Below are positions 28,728-38,830 of a DNA stretch of 64,000 nt, piece after piece (within the stretch, counting starts at the first letter, position 1; each line of letters opens with the position of its first letter). Under the pieces are notes generated by a model. That model was not told the origin of the DNA and did no database searches. It worked only from the letters and a program-made list of their open reading frames with translations. The stretch comes from an uncultured Candidatus Saccharibacteria bacterium (lineage in GTDB: Bacteria; Patescibacteriota; Minisyncoccia; Phycocordibacterales; UBA2100): assembly GCA_964362305.1 (NCBI GenBank), contig CAYIDY010000001.1, positions 1,526 through 65,525 of the forward strand. Reading direction: 5' to 3'. A program made the translations under genes and the position numbers.

Positions 28728-30320
28728 GTGTCATTCTTTAAAACGTATTCATACGCTGCGCTCGCAGTCGCGTGTGTCCTCCTCATTATTCTGTGGCAAT
28801 TTTTGAATTCAACAGAAAATCCTGAAAATACGTATACCGTGACGGAGCAGCCATTACAGCGACTTATTGCATTCTCGGGAACTGTCGTACCGCATCAAAG
28901 TGTTGAATTAGCCTTCGAAGTATCCGGGCGCATAAACACCATTGCGGTTGATGTGGGAGACCGTGTTGAACGCGGAACGCTCTTGGCCCAGCTGGATACC
29001 ACGAGCATCGATGCTGCCCTCGCTGGCGAAAAGGCGGCTCTCGATTCTCAAAAGGCGAGCCTTGCTGCGCTCGAACGCGGTACGCGACCAGAAGAGAAGG
29101 CCGTTGCTCAAGCGGAGCTTGACCGCGCTGAATCGGCCGCGAGGGAATCTCGCCAGTCGCTCACCAATGCGCTTACCGAGGCGTATGCGACCGCAGATAC
29201 CGCCGTTCACAAGACGGCCGACCAGCTCTTTGACCAACCAAAAACATTGCCGCGTCTTTTGTATTATGGCAAAGACGCCGGCAGCATTCCCCGAATTGAA
29301 AGCTCGAGACTTACTATAGAAATAATGTTAAACGCGTGGTACTCGGACATTCGCGCACTCATTGGAAATGCTTTCACCTCGCCATTAGTTGCATTGGTCG
29401 CGACGACATTTACATCTGACTCCTCTCTGGAAGTAGGAATTGAATCTGCTCGCAAGAATCTCCTTGCGACCAACTACTTCCTGAACGAACTGATTGCGTA
29501 CGCACGCTCGATTATTCCTGGAGCAAACATCACACAGGCAGAAATTGACGCTTATGTTACGGCGCTTACCTTAGAACGTACGGCGATTCTGACTGAACTC
29601 ACGCAACTTAACGCAGCGGTTGAAGCGCTTTCCGATGCAGTGCAGGCCGAATCACTCGCTCAAGCGCGCTTTCAACTTTCCGAGGCTGGTAACGCTTCTG
29701 AAGAGCTCGACGGTGCGCGAGCACGGGTGAATGCTCAGGATGCGCGCGTTCGGGAGTTCGTGAGCAATCGTGACGCCTACATAGTTCGCAGCCCTTTTTC
29801 CGCTGTCGTGACGACGCGACAGGCAGAAGTGGGCGAACTCGCAACGGCAGGAACTCCTGTTTTTTCACTCGATGGCGACGGCGAATTGGAAATAGACGCG
29901 CGTATTTCTGAATTAGATGTCGTCGCGCTGCGTGTAGGAGATACGGCGGAAGTCGTCTTTGACGCACTGGAACAACGTGTGCCTACGTACGCTACGGTTG
30001 CTCATATTGACCCTGCCGAAACAGTGCTTGATGGAATTGCGGGGTATGGCGTAACGCTGACATTCAACGAGTTGCCACAGGGTGCGCGCGCGGGCATGTC
30101 TGTAGACGTCATAGTCAGTAAAATTGAAAGGGAACGGGCCCTAGCCGCGCAAATGGGTTTTATTCGAAAAGACAATGGAATTGCATACGTGCAGGTATTG
30201 GAAAATGGCAGAATTTCCGAGCGCGTAGTGACTCTGGGAATCACCATCCCCGGTAGTTTTGTTGAGCTTCTTAATGATGTGCGCCCCGGCGATGTATTAG
30301 TGCCGTATGTCGCACGCTAA
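28728..30320 (+). CDS. Membrane fusion / periplasmic adaptor protein (MacA/HlyD-like, long coiled coil)
   Basis: N-terminal TM, lipoyl halves (SGRI...VGDRV..G; SPFSAVV), GMSVDV. Confidence 0.85.
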   Translation: MSFFKTYSYAALAVACVLLIILWQFLNSTENPENTYTVTEQPLQRLIAFSGTVVPHQSVELAFEVSGRINTIAVDVGDRVERGTLLAQLDTTSIDAALAGEKAALDSQKASLAALERGTRPEEKAVAQAELDRAESAARESRQSLTNALTEAYATADTAVHKTADQLFDQPKTLPRLLYYGKDAGSIPRIESSRLTIEIMLNAWYSDIRALIGNAFTSPLVALVATTFTSDSSLEVGIESARKNLLATNYFLNELIAYARSIIPGANITQAEIDAYVTALTLERTAILTELTQLNAAVEALSDAVQAESLAQARFQLSEAGNASEELDGARARVNAQDARVREFVSNRDAYIVRSPFSAVVTTRQAEVGELATAGTPVFSLDGDGELEIDARISELDVVALRVGDTAEVVFDALEQRVPTYATVAHIDPAETVLDGIAGYGVTLTFNELPQGARAGMSVDVIVSKIERERALAAQMGFIRKDNGIAYVQVLENGRISERVVTLGITIPGSFVELLNDVRPGDVLVPYVAR

Positions 30321-30336
30321 ATTCGAGTCTCCGAAA

Positions 30337-31587
30337 ATGCTCGTCACGCTGCGCGTGGCGCTCTTTCTTGCACGACGCTACATTGTTCGCACAAATCCAT
30401 GGCAGACGATTCTCGTCGTTTTTGTCATGATGCTGACATTCTTGAACCTTGTAGTTGTAAACGGCATTCTCGTTGGACTCATAGACGGTGCCGTTTTTGG
30501 ATACAAGAAGAACTATGCAGGCGACTTGTTGATTCAAAAAATGCCTGAAAAAGATCAAATTGACCATGCGTCCGCGATTCTTGCAGCGCTTGAAAGCGAG
30601 CCAGGCATTCTTGCTTATTCTCCACGAATAGTTGAAGCGGGAACGATAGAAGCACATTTTAGAGAGTCAGTGGCATTTCCTGACGAGGTTCGAGACCGCG
30701 TTGGTGTAGCAGTTGTTGGGCTCGATATTGGCAAAGAAGCATCCGTCACTTCACTCACGACATCCGTCGTGGAAGGTGAGTTTCTTACTGAAACGGATGA
30801 TGATTATGTTGTGATTGGTGGCAATCTTATTGACCGATATTTCCCCGCTGCCATCGGTTTACAAACACTCTCCAATGTTTTTCCCGGCGACCGTGTTCGC
30901 ATAGAAGTAGGTTCTGTTGCTCGTGAATTCAAAATTAAGGGCATTGTCCGCACAAAAGCAGACAATGCTGATCTCCGCGTGTACATGCTTGCGTCGCAGC
31001 TCAAAAAGATGCGAAATGGGCTCGATTCTTCCCCGCTTGATGAGTTTGCAATAAAAATTGCACCGAATACATCTCTTGAAACGGTGCGCGCGCGCATACT
31101 GTCCTATGGAATAGGGGCACTCGCACTTGTGCAAACGAGCGAAGAGGCTATTGGAGAATTTATTGATGAAATAAAGGACACGTTCGCAATTCTTGGCAAC
31201 ATTATTGGAAGTATTTCGGTTATCGTCGCGTCTATCACGATCTTTATCATCATTTTCATCACCGCAATCACACGACAAAAGTACATTGGCATTCTAAAAG
31301 GAATTGGCATATCTGGCCTTACCATTGAGTTCTCATATGTCTTTCTCTCCCTGTTCTACTCACTTCTTGGAATCACGGGAGGCGTTCTTATTCTCTACGG
31401 CGTACTTGTCCCCTATTTCGAGGCACACCCCATCGACTTCCCCTTTAGCTGGGGCGTTTTGAGTGTGACCGAACTTGGCGTCGTTGTGCGCAGTTCAATT
31501 CTCGCCATCACTACTATCATTGCAGGTTACATCCCGGCACGGCTCATTGTTAAACGCAATACCTTAGACTCTATTCTCGGACGATAA
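30337..31587 (+). CDS. ABC transporter permease (FtsX/MacB/LolE-type); alternative start 30307
   Basis: TM, large extracytoplasmic domain, then three TMs; IGILKGIG, YIPARL. Confidence 0.85.
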   Translation: MLVTLRVALFLARRYIVRTNPWQTILVVFVMMLTFLNLVVVNGILVGLIDGAVFGYKKNYAGDLLIQKMPEKDQIDHASAILAALESEPGILAYSPRIVEAGTIEAHFRESVAFPDEVRDRVGVAVVGLDIGKEASVTSLTTSVVEGEFLTETDDDYVVIGGNLIDRYFPAAIGLQTLSNVFPGDRVRIEVGSVAREFKIKGIVRTKADNADLRVYMLASQLKKMRNGLDSSPLDEFAIKIAPNTSLETVRARILSYGIGALALVQTSEEAIGEFIDEIKDTFAILGNIIGSISVIVASITIFIIIFITAITRQKYIGILKGIGISGLTIEFSYVFLSLFYSLLGITGGVLILYGVLVPYFEAHPIDFPFSWGVLSVTELGVVVRSSILAITTIIAGYIPARLIVKRNTLDSILGR

Positions 31588-31588
31588 T

Positions 31589-32308
31589 ATGGCACTCATT
31601 AAAGCAACTGGCGTTAAGAGAATTTTTAAAGTCGGCAGCATTGAAGTGCATGCGCTTCGCGGTGTTGATATTGAAATTGAGCAAGGAGAGTTCGTCGCCA
31701 TTATCGGCAAATCAGGTGCAGGAAAAAGTACTCTGATGTATCAGCTCTCAATTCTTGACCACCCGACCGAGGGCACGATTGAAATAGATGGCCACATTAC
31801 CGAGCGTATGTCATCAGCAGAACGCACGAGTTTTCGCCTCAATAAGCTCGGGTACGTCTTTCAGGATTACGCGCTCGTTCCTGAATTAACTGCTGAAGAG
31901 AACGTGATGCTCCCTCTCTTAATGCGCGGCGACGGCGCAATAAGCGCTCGACTAAAGGCTCGTGCAGTTCTCGATAGGCTCGGGCTTGAAGACCGCGTTG
32001 ACAGACGCCCGGGAAGGTTGTCCGGCGGCGAACAGCAGAGGGTCTCTATTGCGCGCGCTATAGCTCATGACCCCGTTATTCTATTCGCTGATGAGCCGAC
32101 GGCCAATCTCGACACTGAAACATCAGCGCAACTGCTGCAGTATATGCAAGACTTACACCGCGCTGGTCAAACTATTGTCATGGTCACGCATGAACTTGAG
32201 TACGCTGCTAAAGCGCAGCGCGTTATTGTAGTTGAGGATGGAAGAATAAAGAAAGCTGGTACCCCAAAAGAATTGGAGCTCCATCAACGAAGAGTGCATC
32301 AGTCTTAG
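31589..32308 (+). CDS. ABC transporter ATP-binding protein (LolD/MacB-type)
   Basis: GKSGAGKST, LSGGEQQR, ADEPTANLD. Confidence 0.93.
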   Translation: MALIKATGVKRIFKVGSIEVHALRGVDIEIEQGEFVAIIGKSGAGKSTLMYQLSILDHPTEGTIEIDGHITERMSSAERTSFRLNKLGYVFQDYALVPELTAEENVMLPLLMRGDGAISARLKARAVLDRLGLEDRVDRRPGRLSGGEQQRVSIARAIAHDPVILFADEPTANLDTETSAQLLQYMQDLHRAGQTIVMVTHELEYAAKAQRVIVVEDGRIKKAGTPKELELHQRRVHQS

Positions 32309-34086
32309 CGTCTCGACTTCGAGCGATCGGTTGATGACAGTGCTTGTTTTCTCAAGCGCGTGCTAACGGGGGTTATTTCCAAATACTCGTCTTCACCCAT
32401 AACTTCAAGTCCACGCTCGATCGTGAGACTGAATGGCGGAACAAGATTGATAGCGTCGTCAGTACCGGAAGAGCGCACGTTGGTGAGATTCTTTCCTTTT
32501 GTCGGATTTACTTCCATCTCGTCACCCTTTGATGTATTACCAATCACCATACCTTCGTACACTTCAACACCGTGACCGATATATAGAAGTCCGCGCTCCT
32601 GTAAATTCCACAGCGCGTAGCCTGCCGCTTTACCGCTCACCATTGAAATCATCGAGCCGGTGTGGCGCTTGGTGATGGTTCCTTCAAAGTGTTTGAAGCC
32701 AGTAACGCGACTGGAGAGAATACCCTCGCCTTTTGTATCAATCACGAATTGGTTTCGATAGCCCAGAAGCCCACGCGTTGGTCCTTCAAATGTGAGGCGC
32801 ACTGTTTCGTGCTGCACTAGATTTTGGAGCACAAATCCTCGTTGACCTAATCGTTCAATGATTGCGCCCTGATATTCCGATGGTGTATCTACAATGACTT
32901 CTTCAAACGGCTCGACTTTCTTGCCGTTCTCTTCGCGCGTAATAACTTGAGGTTGAGAGACTTGGATTTCGTATCCTTCACGACGCATGTTTTCGAGGAG
33001 GATGGCGACGTGCAATTCACCACGGCCGGATACTTTAAAGACATCCGTTCCGGAGAAGTCGATACGGAGTCCGACATTCACTTCGAGTTCGTGCTCAAGT
33101 CGTTCACGAATTTGACGAGTAGTAACGAACTTCCCTTCGCGACCGCCAAACGGCGAATTATTCACAAGGAAGTTCAAGGTAATCGTCGGTTCATCGACTG
33201 CGATAGCTGGAAGCGGCTCAACGCTTTGGTCGGTTGTCACTGTTTCTCCAATTTCAATATCTGGAATACCCGCAATCATCACAATGTCTCCCGCGGAGGC
33301 GCTTTTGGTTTCTACGCGGCGCAAACCTTCGAATGTGAACATTTTGGTGAGCTTGCCTGCGCGCGATGTGCCGTCCGGCTTTTTCGCAAACACAGCCGCA
33401 GTATCAGTAATCACGCCTTCATACACACGGCAAATCGCCATGCGACCGAGAAAGTTGTCGTATGCCAAATTGAAGGGCTGCATTCGCAAAGACTTGTCTG
33501 CCGCCCCTTCCGTGCTCGCGACAGTCACCTTTTCCAAAATAACATCAAGAAGCGGGGTGAGGTCATTTGAATCGTCTTGAAGTTTGCGCTTTGCAATTCC
33601 TTGTTTGCCGATTGCATAGACAACAGTGAATTCGCACTGTTCGTCGTTTGCGCCGAGCTCAAGAAAAAGTTCCAGCACCTGCTCCTCTGCACGTGCAGGG
33701 TCTGCTGCAGGCTTGTCAATTTTATTGATTACAACAATCGGCTTAAGGCCAAGTTCAAGAGATTTCTTTAGAACGAAACGTGTCTGTGGCATCGGGCCTT
33801 CCTGGGCGTCTACCACAAGAAGAACAGAGTCAATTGAGCGCAAAACACGTTCGACTTCTGAACCAAAGTCCGCGTGCCCTGGCGTGTCCACAATGTTTAT
33901 CTTCGTGCCCTTATACATCACGGCGGCATTCTTCGCATAAATAGTGATGCCACGCTCACGTTCGAGCTTATTTGAGTCCATCGTGACCCCCTCTTCTGCA
34001 GCCCCAGTCTGACGCAAAATAGCGTCCGTCAGGGTGGTTTTCCCGTGGTCAACGTGGGCAATTATGGCTATATTTCGTATTTCCAT
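32305..34086 (-). CDS. typA: Translational GTPase TypA/BipA
   Basis: [28 protein letters not shown]...RLRK. Confidence 0.97.
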   Translation of the reverse strand: MEIRNIAIIAHVDHGKTTLTDAILRQTGAAEEGVTMDSNKLERERGITIYAKNAAVMYKGTKINIVDTPGHADFGSEVERVLRSIDSVLLVVDAQEGPMPQTRFVLKKSLELGLKPIVVINKIDKPAADPARAEEQVLELFLELGANDEQCEFTVVYAIGKQGIAKRKLQDDSNDLTPLLDVILEKVTVASTEGAADKSLRMQPFNLAYDNFLGRMAICRVYEGVITDTAAVFAKKPDGTSRAGKLTKMFTFEGLRRVETKSASAGDIVMIAGIPDIEIGETVTTDQSVEPLPAIAVDEPTITLNFLVNNSPFGGREGKFVTTRQIRERLEHELEVNVGLRIDFSGTDVFKVSGRGELHVAILLENMRREGYEIQVSQPQVITREENGKKVEPFEEVIVDTPSEYQGAIIERLGQRGFVLQNLVQHETVRLTFEGPTRGLLGYRNQFVIDTKGEGILSSRVTGFKHFEGTITKRHTGSMISMVSGKAAGYALWNLQERGLLYIGHGVEVYEGMVIGNTSKGDEMEVNPTKGKNLTNVRSSGTDDAINLVPPFSLTIERGLEVMGEDEYLEITPVSTRLRKQALSSTDRSKSRR

Positions 34087-34190
34087 AGTATTTCAAAAAA
34101 AATTGCCCCCGCTTGCAGGGCAAGTTGCACCATAGTACAGGAGAACCGTCAAAAATCAAAGCATTCTGTGAATCGTGCGAAAGGACATTG

Positions 34191-34547
34191 TTAGGCTAGT
34201 GTATCCCCCAACTGCACAGAGTCCTTCTTTGGTGCAATTAAGACCCACCCATCTCCCTCGGTATTCTTGAAACCAAGCGTTAGAACTTCTGATGTGAATC
34301 CAGCAACTTTCTTTGGCGCAAAATTTACGACGCAGCATACGAGAGAGCCAAGAAGCTCTTCTTTCGTGTGCGCGCCAACCGCTTGTGCACTCGATGACTT
34401 GATGCCAATTTCCGGCCCAAAATCGATTTTGAATTTGAAAGCAGGTTTTCGCGCTTCGGGAAAGTCGGAAATATCAATAATTTTTCCGACTCGGATATCC
34501 ACTTTGTGGAAATCATCGTATGCAATCTTCGGCAGCAACTCCGTCAT
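34191..34547 (-). CDS. csaA: tRNA-binding OB-fold protein (CsaA-like)
   Basis: DIRVGKI...FPEARKPA...IDFG.EIG.KSSSAQ...VVNF.PK. Confidence 0.8.
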   Translation of the reverse strand: MTELLPKIAYDDFHKVDIRVGKIIDISDFPEARKPAFKFKIDFGPEIGIKSSSAQAVGAHTKEELLGSLVCCVVNFAPKKVAGFTSEVLTLGFKNTEGDGWVLIAPKKDSVQLGDTLA

Positions 34548-34549
34548 GA

Positions 34550-35323
34550 TTACGAGCACGTAAGTTCTACTACGTGTGCATCGTGCTCAGATAGTTTGAC
34601 CTCTGTAGCTTTCCCAAGGAGTGACGCCCCATTGAGTGTCACGTTTTTGACGTTTGACGGAAGCTGAATTGATATTGAGTACGTCAGTAACTTCATCGAA
34701 AGTACCCCTTTCGATGTGCCATCAACATGCAGCGACACCCCTGGAAGTGTAATGCTCGACGAGCCCCCACTTTCGAGAGGCTCGCTCGGGAGCTTCAGCC
34801 CCGGAATGGTGATGGGAATCGAGTTTGCTGGATACAGTGTCTGGCACCCATTATTTTTTATAGTGATGTCCACTGCAGTTTGCTGCATCACGACAACGCC
34901 AACAGCAAGCACTGTGACGAAACCAAGCGGGCCTTTTGCGTGTCGGAAAACGCGCCCCCAATGCGAGACTTTGTCAGATGAACCGCCTTTTTCTGCGACA
35001 CTCATTTCAACGCGCACGCGCTCGACCTCGGTACCTAACTGCTTCCAAGTCGAAATAAATAACAATAGCCATTTCTTTCTCCCTTTCTCTTCTTCTGTGT
35101 TTTCAGGCAAACGTTCGGCAGAGAGACTTACCACGTCACCGTCTACCATCTTGTCCCAGGTCGAAAGATGCCGGTCAAGACTCGATAGATGTTGATCTAT
35201 GGCTGGATTTACTCCTTGAATTAGTGTGCGTATCTGTGAAAATGCTTGTCGAGATGTGAGTGGTTCGAGTAGCAATGCTTGCGCAGCTGCAATTTTTCGA
35301 TGGGCCTCATTCTTTTGTGGCAT
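34550..35323 (-). CDS. Hypothetical single-pass membrane protein
   Basis: Helical N-half, one TM (LGFVTVLAVGVVV), beta-rich C-half with two Cys. Confidence 0.7.
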   Translation of the reverse strand: MPQKNEAHRKIAAAQALLLEPLTSRQAFSQIRTLIQGVNPAIDQHLSSLDRHLSTWDKMVDGDVVSLSAERLPENTEEEKGRKKWLLLFISTWKQLGTEVERVRVEMSVAEKGGSSDKVSHWGRVFRHAKGPLGFVTVLAVGVVVMQQTAVDITIKNNGCQTLYPANSIPITIPGLKLPSEPLESGGSSSITLPGVSLHVDGTSKGVLSMKLLTYSISIQLPSNVKNVTLNGASLLGKATEVKLSEHDAHVVELTCS

Positions 35324-35390
35324 ACCACGAATATAGCGCGAGACTAACTACGTGTCAGGTGCACTCGGTGCGCAAGCAATCACACAGATA

Positions 35391-35430
35391 TCCTGCAAGG
35401 CTAGACCCTTCAGAATATAGCCTTGCAGGA
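35391..35430. repeat. Dispersed palindrome, copy 2 (14-nt loop)
   Basis: TCCTGCAAGGCTA-N14-TAGCCTTGCAGGA. Confidence 0.7.
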
Positions 35431-35458
35431 TTGACCTTTTTTTGTGTAGACTTCAGCC

Positions 35459-36742
35459 ATGAGTCCAGAGGGTTCCGAATCCCAGCGCAACTCTCAAGGC
35501 AAAGAAGGTCTCGCTATTCGAGCATCGTGGGGAAAGGATCCAGTAATAAGCCATGTTGTATGTTCGTTGCTGGAACGCGAGGATGTAACACCACAGCAAA
35601 TTGTCTCTATTGTCTCCCGAATCAAAAAAGACGATCAGGCTCTTAGTGTAGATATGCTGAAGCAATTTGTGGTGCGTGCAGGCAGCAGAAAAACTGCAGT
35701 GACAGTTCTAAAAGGGCTTCAGTCTGGCCCCGCAACGGATGACGCAAGACTTTTGCCAGAGCGTCTCAATGATTTGTTGAGACTTACCCCGCAGAAAAAT
35801 ATGTCACCGTGGCTGCACTATAATCGAGCAAGAACGCTGGGCGCACTCCTCCTTGCTAATCCGTCGGTCTCAAAGGATTTGATTGTTAAAGCATTACGAG
35901 AACATTGCAATATCCCAACACTACAGGTTTCTGCATTGAATAAACCTCTTGCGCGCTGGAAAAATACATCCGCCGATCGTTCACAAGATCCTCGCCAGTC
36001 ATTCGCTGCCGCCTTATGTAAGGATTGTCAAATATTTGACCCTAAATTATACGGTGAAATGATACCGCTCGCGAGGAAAATTGCAGAACAAATGTCAGAA
36101 ATTTCTAAGGAAGTTCATATTCGACGTTCTGAAGGAACTAAGGAAGGACTCAGCCCTGGTCGAATTGAGCGCTTGCAAACTCGGATTCGTTCAGCGATTA
36201 AAAGCCTGCGCTCCCCTGAATTCACATTGCCCGCCCTCTCGGAAGCAGCTCAACATCGGCTCGAATACGCACCTTATGCGTCCTTTGTAGAAAGCTTGCG
36301 CTCCGAAGACTCGTTCTCTACACCTCACATCCGGGCGTATCTTACTAAACAAGCGTATCCCGTACGCGGCTTTGTTGCTCGCGAAGTACTGGTTACAGCA
36401 CTTACAATCGACTTTAACCTTGAAGGAGGAACGGGACCTTCGCGCGAAATTGCACGAAGGATACTTGCGCTACTAAAAGAGGAAATGCGTGAGCAGCAAA
36501 ACACCGACTCCTCGCCTTTTTCAACATGTCTCGTTCATTCGATGTTGAAACGGGATTCCAATCGGGAACCGATCTTGAGCTGTGAATGGAGGGATACAAG
36601 GGCTCAATGGATACGTTGGAGTAAGGAACGCAGGATGTCTGCTTCTCAAATAGGCGCACGAAAATTCCAAGTTGACATAAATGCAATTGAAAGATTGGCT
36701 TCAGAATCATCTGTTGCTTCCGTGAAGAAGCGGAATGAATGA
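35459..36742 (+). CDS. Hypothetical protein (427 aa, no recognised domain)
   Basis: Long ORF; TAGACT 6 nt before ATG. Confidence 0.7.
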   Translation: MSPEGSESQRNSQGKEGLAIRASWGKDPVISHVVCSLLEREDVTPQQIVSIVSRIKKDDQALSVDMLKQFVVRAGSRKTAVTVLKGLQSGPATDDARLLPERLNDLLRLTPQKNMSPWLHYNRARTLGALLLANPSVSKDLIVKALREHCNIPTLQVSALNKPLARWKNTSADRSQDPRQSFAAALCKDCQIFDPKLYGEMIPLARKIAEQMSEISKEVHIRRSEGTKEGLSPGRIERLQTRIRSAIKSLRSPEFTLPALSEAAQHRLEYAPYASFVESLRSEDSFSTPHIRAYLTKQAYPVRGFVAREVLVTALTIDFNLEGGTGPSREIARRILALLKEEMREQQNTDSSPFSTCLVHSMLKRDSNREPILSCEWRDTRAQWIRWSKERRMSASQIGARKFQVDINAIERLASESSVASVKKRNE

Positions 36743-36768
36743 GTCTCGAGTCTTTTTATTCTCGCAGT

Positions 36769-38028
36769 CTACTCTACGAAGGTCAGAGCCTTCCCTACTT
36801 GGCCAGCGCGTCCGGTACGGCCAATGCGGTGAATGTAGTCTTCGTAGCTACCTGGTTGATCAAAGTTAATGACGTGAGACACTTTTGGAATATCGAGTCC
36901 GCGAGCGGCGACATCAGTAGCTACAAGAATGTGCACTTTCTCGTCCTTGAAGAGCTTAAGGGCACGTTGACGCTGATTGTGTGATTTGTTTCCGTGTATT
37001 GACTCACTGTTGAAGCCTTTTTGTTTTAGAGCCGCAGACAATTTTTCAACACCATGCTTTGTGCGGCCGAACACAATAACTTTTGTGAAGTCGCGATCTT
37101 CTAAGAGCTCAGCAAGATGGTCGATTTTTGTTTTGCCTGGCAGAACGCGCACGATGTCTTGGTCGACATTGCGTGAGGTATCTTGCTTTTTTACCGAGAT
37201 TCTCTCTGGTTCGTTGAGAAATTCATGAATCAGATTTTCGATTTCTCGCGAGAGAGTTGCGGAGAAAAACAGCGTGTGACGCTCTTTTGGCATTGTGCCC
37301 AAGATGTCCCGAACACTATCGATGAATCCCATGTCGAGCATGCGGTCTGCTTCGTCTAGCACCACATTGCTGCATTTTGCGAGATTAATTTCCTTGCGCT
37401 CCATCAGATCCATGATGCGCCCAGGCGTTCCGATAAGAAACTGCGCGCCCTGGCGAAGTGAGCGAATTTGAGAACTCATGCTCGCACCGCCAATGACGAG
37501 TGCTGAATACAATGGTAGTCCTGCAGCAAACATACGGAACTCGTCTGCAATTTGAACTGCAAGCTCTCGTGTAGGTGCCAAAATAAGGACATTCTGTCCT
37601 GGATTCTTGAGCACTTTATCAAGTAGAGGAATAAGAAACGCTCCCGTTTTGCCGGTCCCTGTTTCTGCAAGTCCCACTACGTCACGTCCTGTGAGCGCGA
37701 GCGGAATTGCGGCGTCTTGAATAGGTGTTGGGGTCGTATAGCCTTTCTTGGCGATGTTTGATTTCAAACGCTCATCAATAGCAAAGTCGCTAAATGTGTG
37801 TTTTGAAACAAAAGGAGTCGACTCTTCGCGCACCTCTGCTTTTTGAATAAATTTTGAGTGATGGATACTCGAACCTCGATTTCGGTTATTTTGAGGACGT
37901 CGAAAAGCGCCACCGCGTGATGTGCTCTGCGGGCGACGCGAAAATCCGCCACCGCGGCTTCCGCGAGCGCTCTGTGAACTTGACCGGCTAAATGAACGTC
38001 CAGAGGACGTGTTACTTCTTTGATACAT
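36769..38028 (-). CDS. DEAD-box RNA helicase with Arg/Ser/Gly-rich N-terminus
   Basis: Q motif, ETGTGKT, PTRELA, DEAD, SAT, HRIGRTGRAG. Confidence 0.95.
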   Translation of the reverse strand: MYQRSNTSSGRSFSRSSSQSARGSRGGGFSRRPQSTSRGGAFRRPQNNRNRGSSIHHSKFIQKAEVREESTPFVSKHTFSDFAIDERLKSNIAKKGYTTPTPIQDAAIPLALTGRDVVGLAETGTGKTGAFLIPLLDKVLKNPGQNVLILAPTRELAVQIADEFRMFAAGLPLYSALVIGGASMSSQIRSLRQGAQFLIGTPGRIMDLMERKEINLAKCSNVVLDEADRMLDMGFIDSVRDILGTMPKERHTLFFSATLSREIENLIHEFLNEPERISVKKQDTSRNVDQDIVRVLPGKTKIDHLAELLEDRDFTKVIVFGRTKHGVEKLSAALKQKGFNSESIHGNKSHNQRQRALKLFKDEKVHILVATDVAARGLDIPKVSHVINFDQPGSYEDYIHRIGRTGRAGQVGKALTFVE

Positions 38029-38190
38029 ACGTATTCGTGCGGCAGTGCCGCTTAATGATTATTTCAACAATCTTGAGCGAGTTTCAGCCTAGGAGATACA
38101 GGCCGGTCTCGAGAGATAGCTCAAGACGATAAACTAGAGAAAGTTGACTTGGCAACTCTACAATACCCTTAATCATCCGTCAATGGCCTG

Positions 38191-38209
38191 ATGCAAGGCT
38201 TAGCCTTGC
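38191..38209. repeat. Dispersed palindrome, copy 3
   Basis: ATGCAAGGCT-T-AGCCTTGC. Confidence 0.7.
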
Positions 38210-38216
38210 GGGTTTG

Positions 38217-38426
38217 TTAGCGGCGGGCGAGCATTTGCTCCTTCACGCAGTCCAGGCAGGTCTTCTGGCGAGGTCGGGTCGAAATGTACTTATTGCCACA
38301 ATCGCACTCCAGAATCTTGCTTTTCAGGGGCTTATATACGTAAACGCCCGGTGTCGGCTTCTTTGCCTCGACCTTCAGAGAGGCTTTTGGTGCCGGAGTC
38401 TTCTTTTGTTTCTTTTTGGTAGCCAT
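38217..38426 (-). CDS. Small basic protein with CxC...CxxC putative Zn ribbon
   Basis: Lys-rich N-terminus, ECDCG...TCLDC; upstream TTGACA-N17-CATTAT. Confidence 0.7.
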   Translation of the reverse strand: MATKKKQKKTPAPKASLKVEAKKPTPGVYVYKPLKSKILECDCGNKYISTRPRQKTCLDCVKEQMLARR

Positions 38427-38556
38427 GCAGTAAAAAATCGCACCCTTCTTGGTGCGATTCCTTCAGGCGCATAATGACAGAAATTCGATAGAATGTCAAT
38501 TTTTTAGAGAAAGGGCCGCCGATTATTCATCAAACGGCCCTGACCCAGCGCGAGAT

Positions 38557-38754
38557 TTACTCCCGCTTGACGAAGTGTGATGCGGCACCAAGAAAGCTGT
38601 CTATACTTCGGAGACCCGGAGTCGGTTCGGGCTTTATTCCGAGCCATTCCTCCAAATCACCCTGAGGTTGCTCGAGAGTGAGCTGCCTCAGAACTTCAAT
38701 TTCATTGATACCGAGAACCTTCGCCATTTCAGAAATATCAATCACGATTCGCAT
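38557..38754 (-). CDS. Small hypothetical protein, possibly HTH-like
   Basis: GAAAGGA SD before ATG; ISEMAKVLGINEIEVLRQL. Confidence 0.45.
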   Translation of the reverse strand: MRIVIDISEMAKVLGINEIEVLRQLTLEQPQGDLEEWLGIKPEPTPGLRSIDSFLGAASHFVKRE

Positions 38755-38830
38755 CGTGGGTCCTTTCTCTTGCTGGGGTGGCATAGTTGCCACCCGCACT
38801 AGACCAAAAAAGATTTCATTCTGCAAGTTT

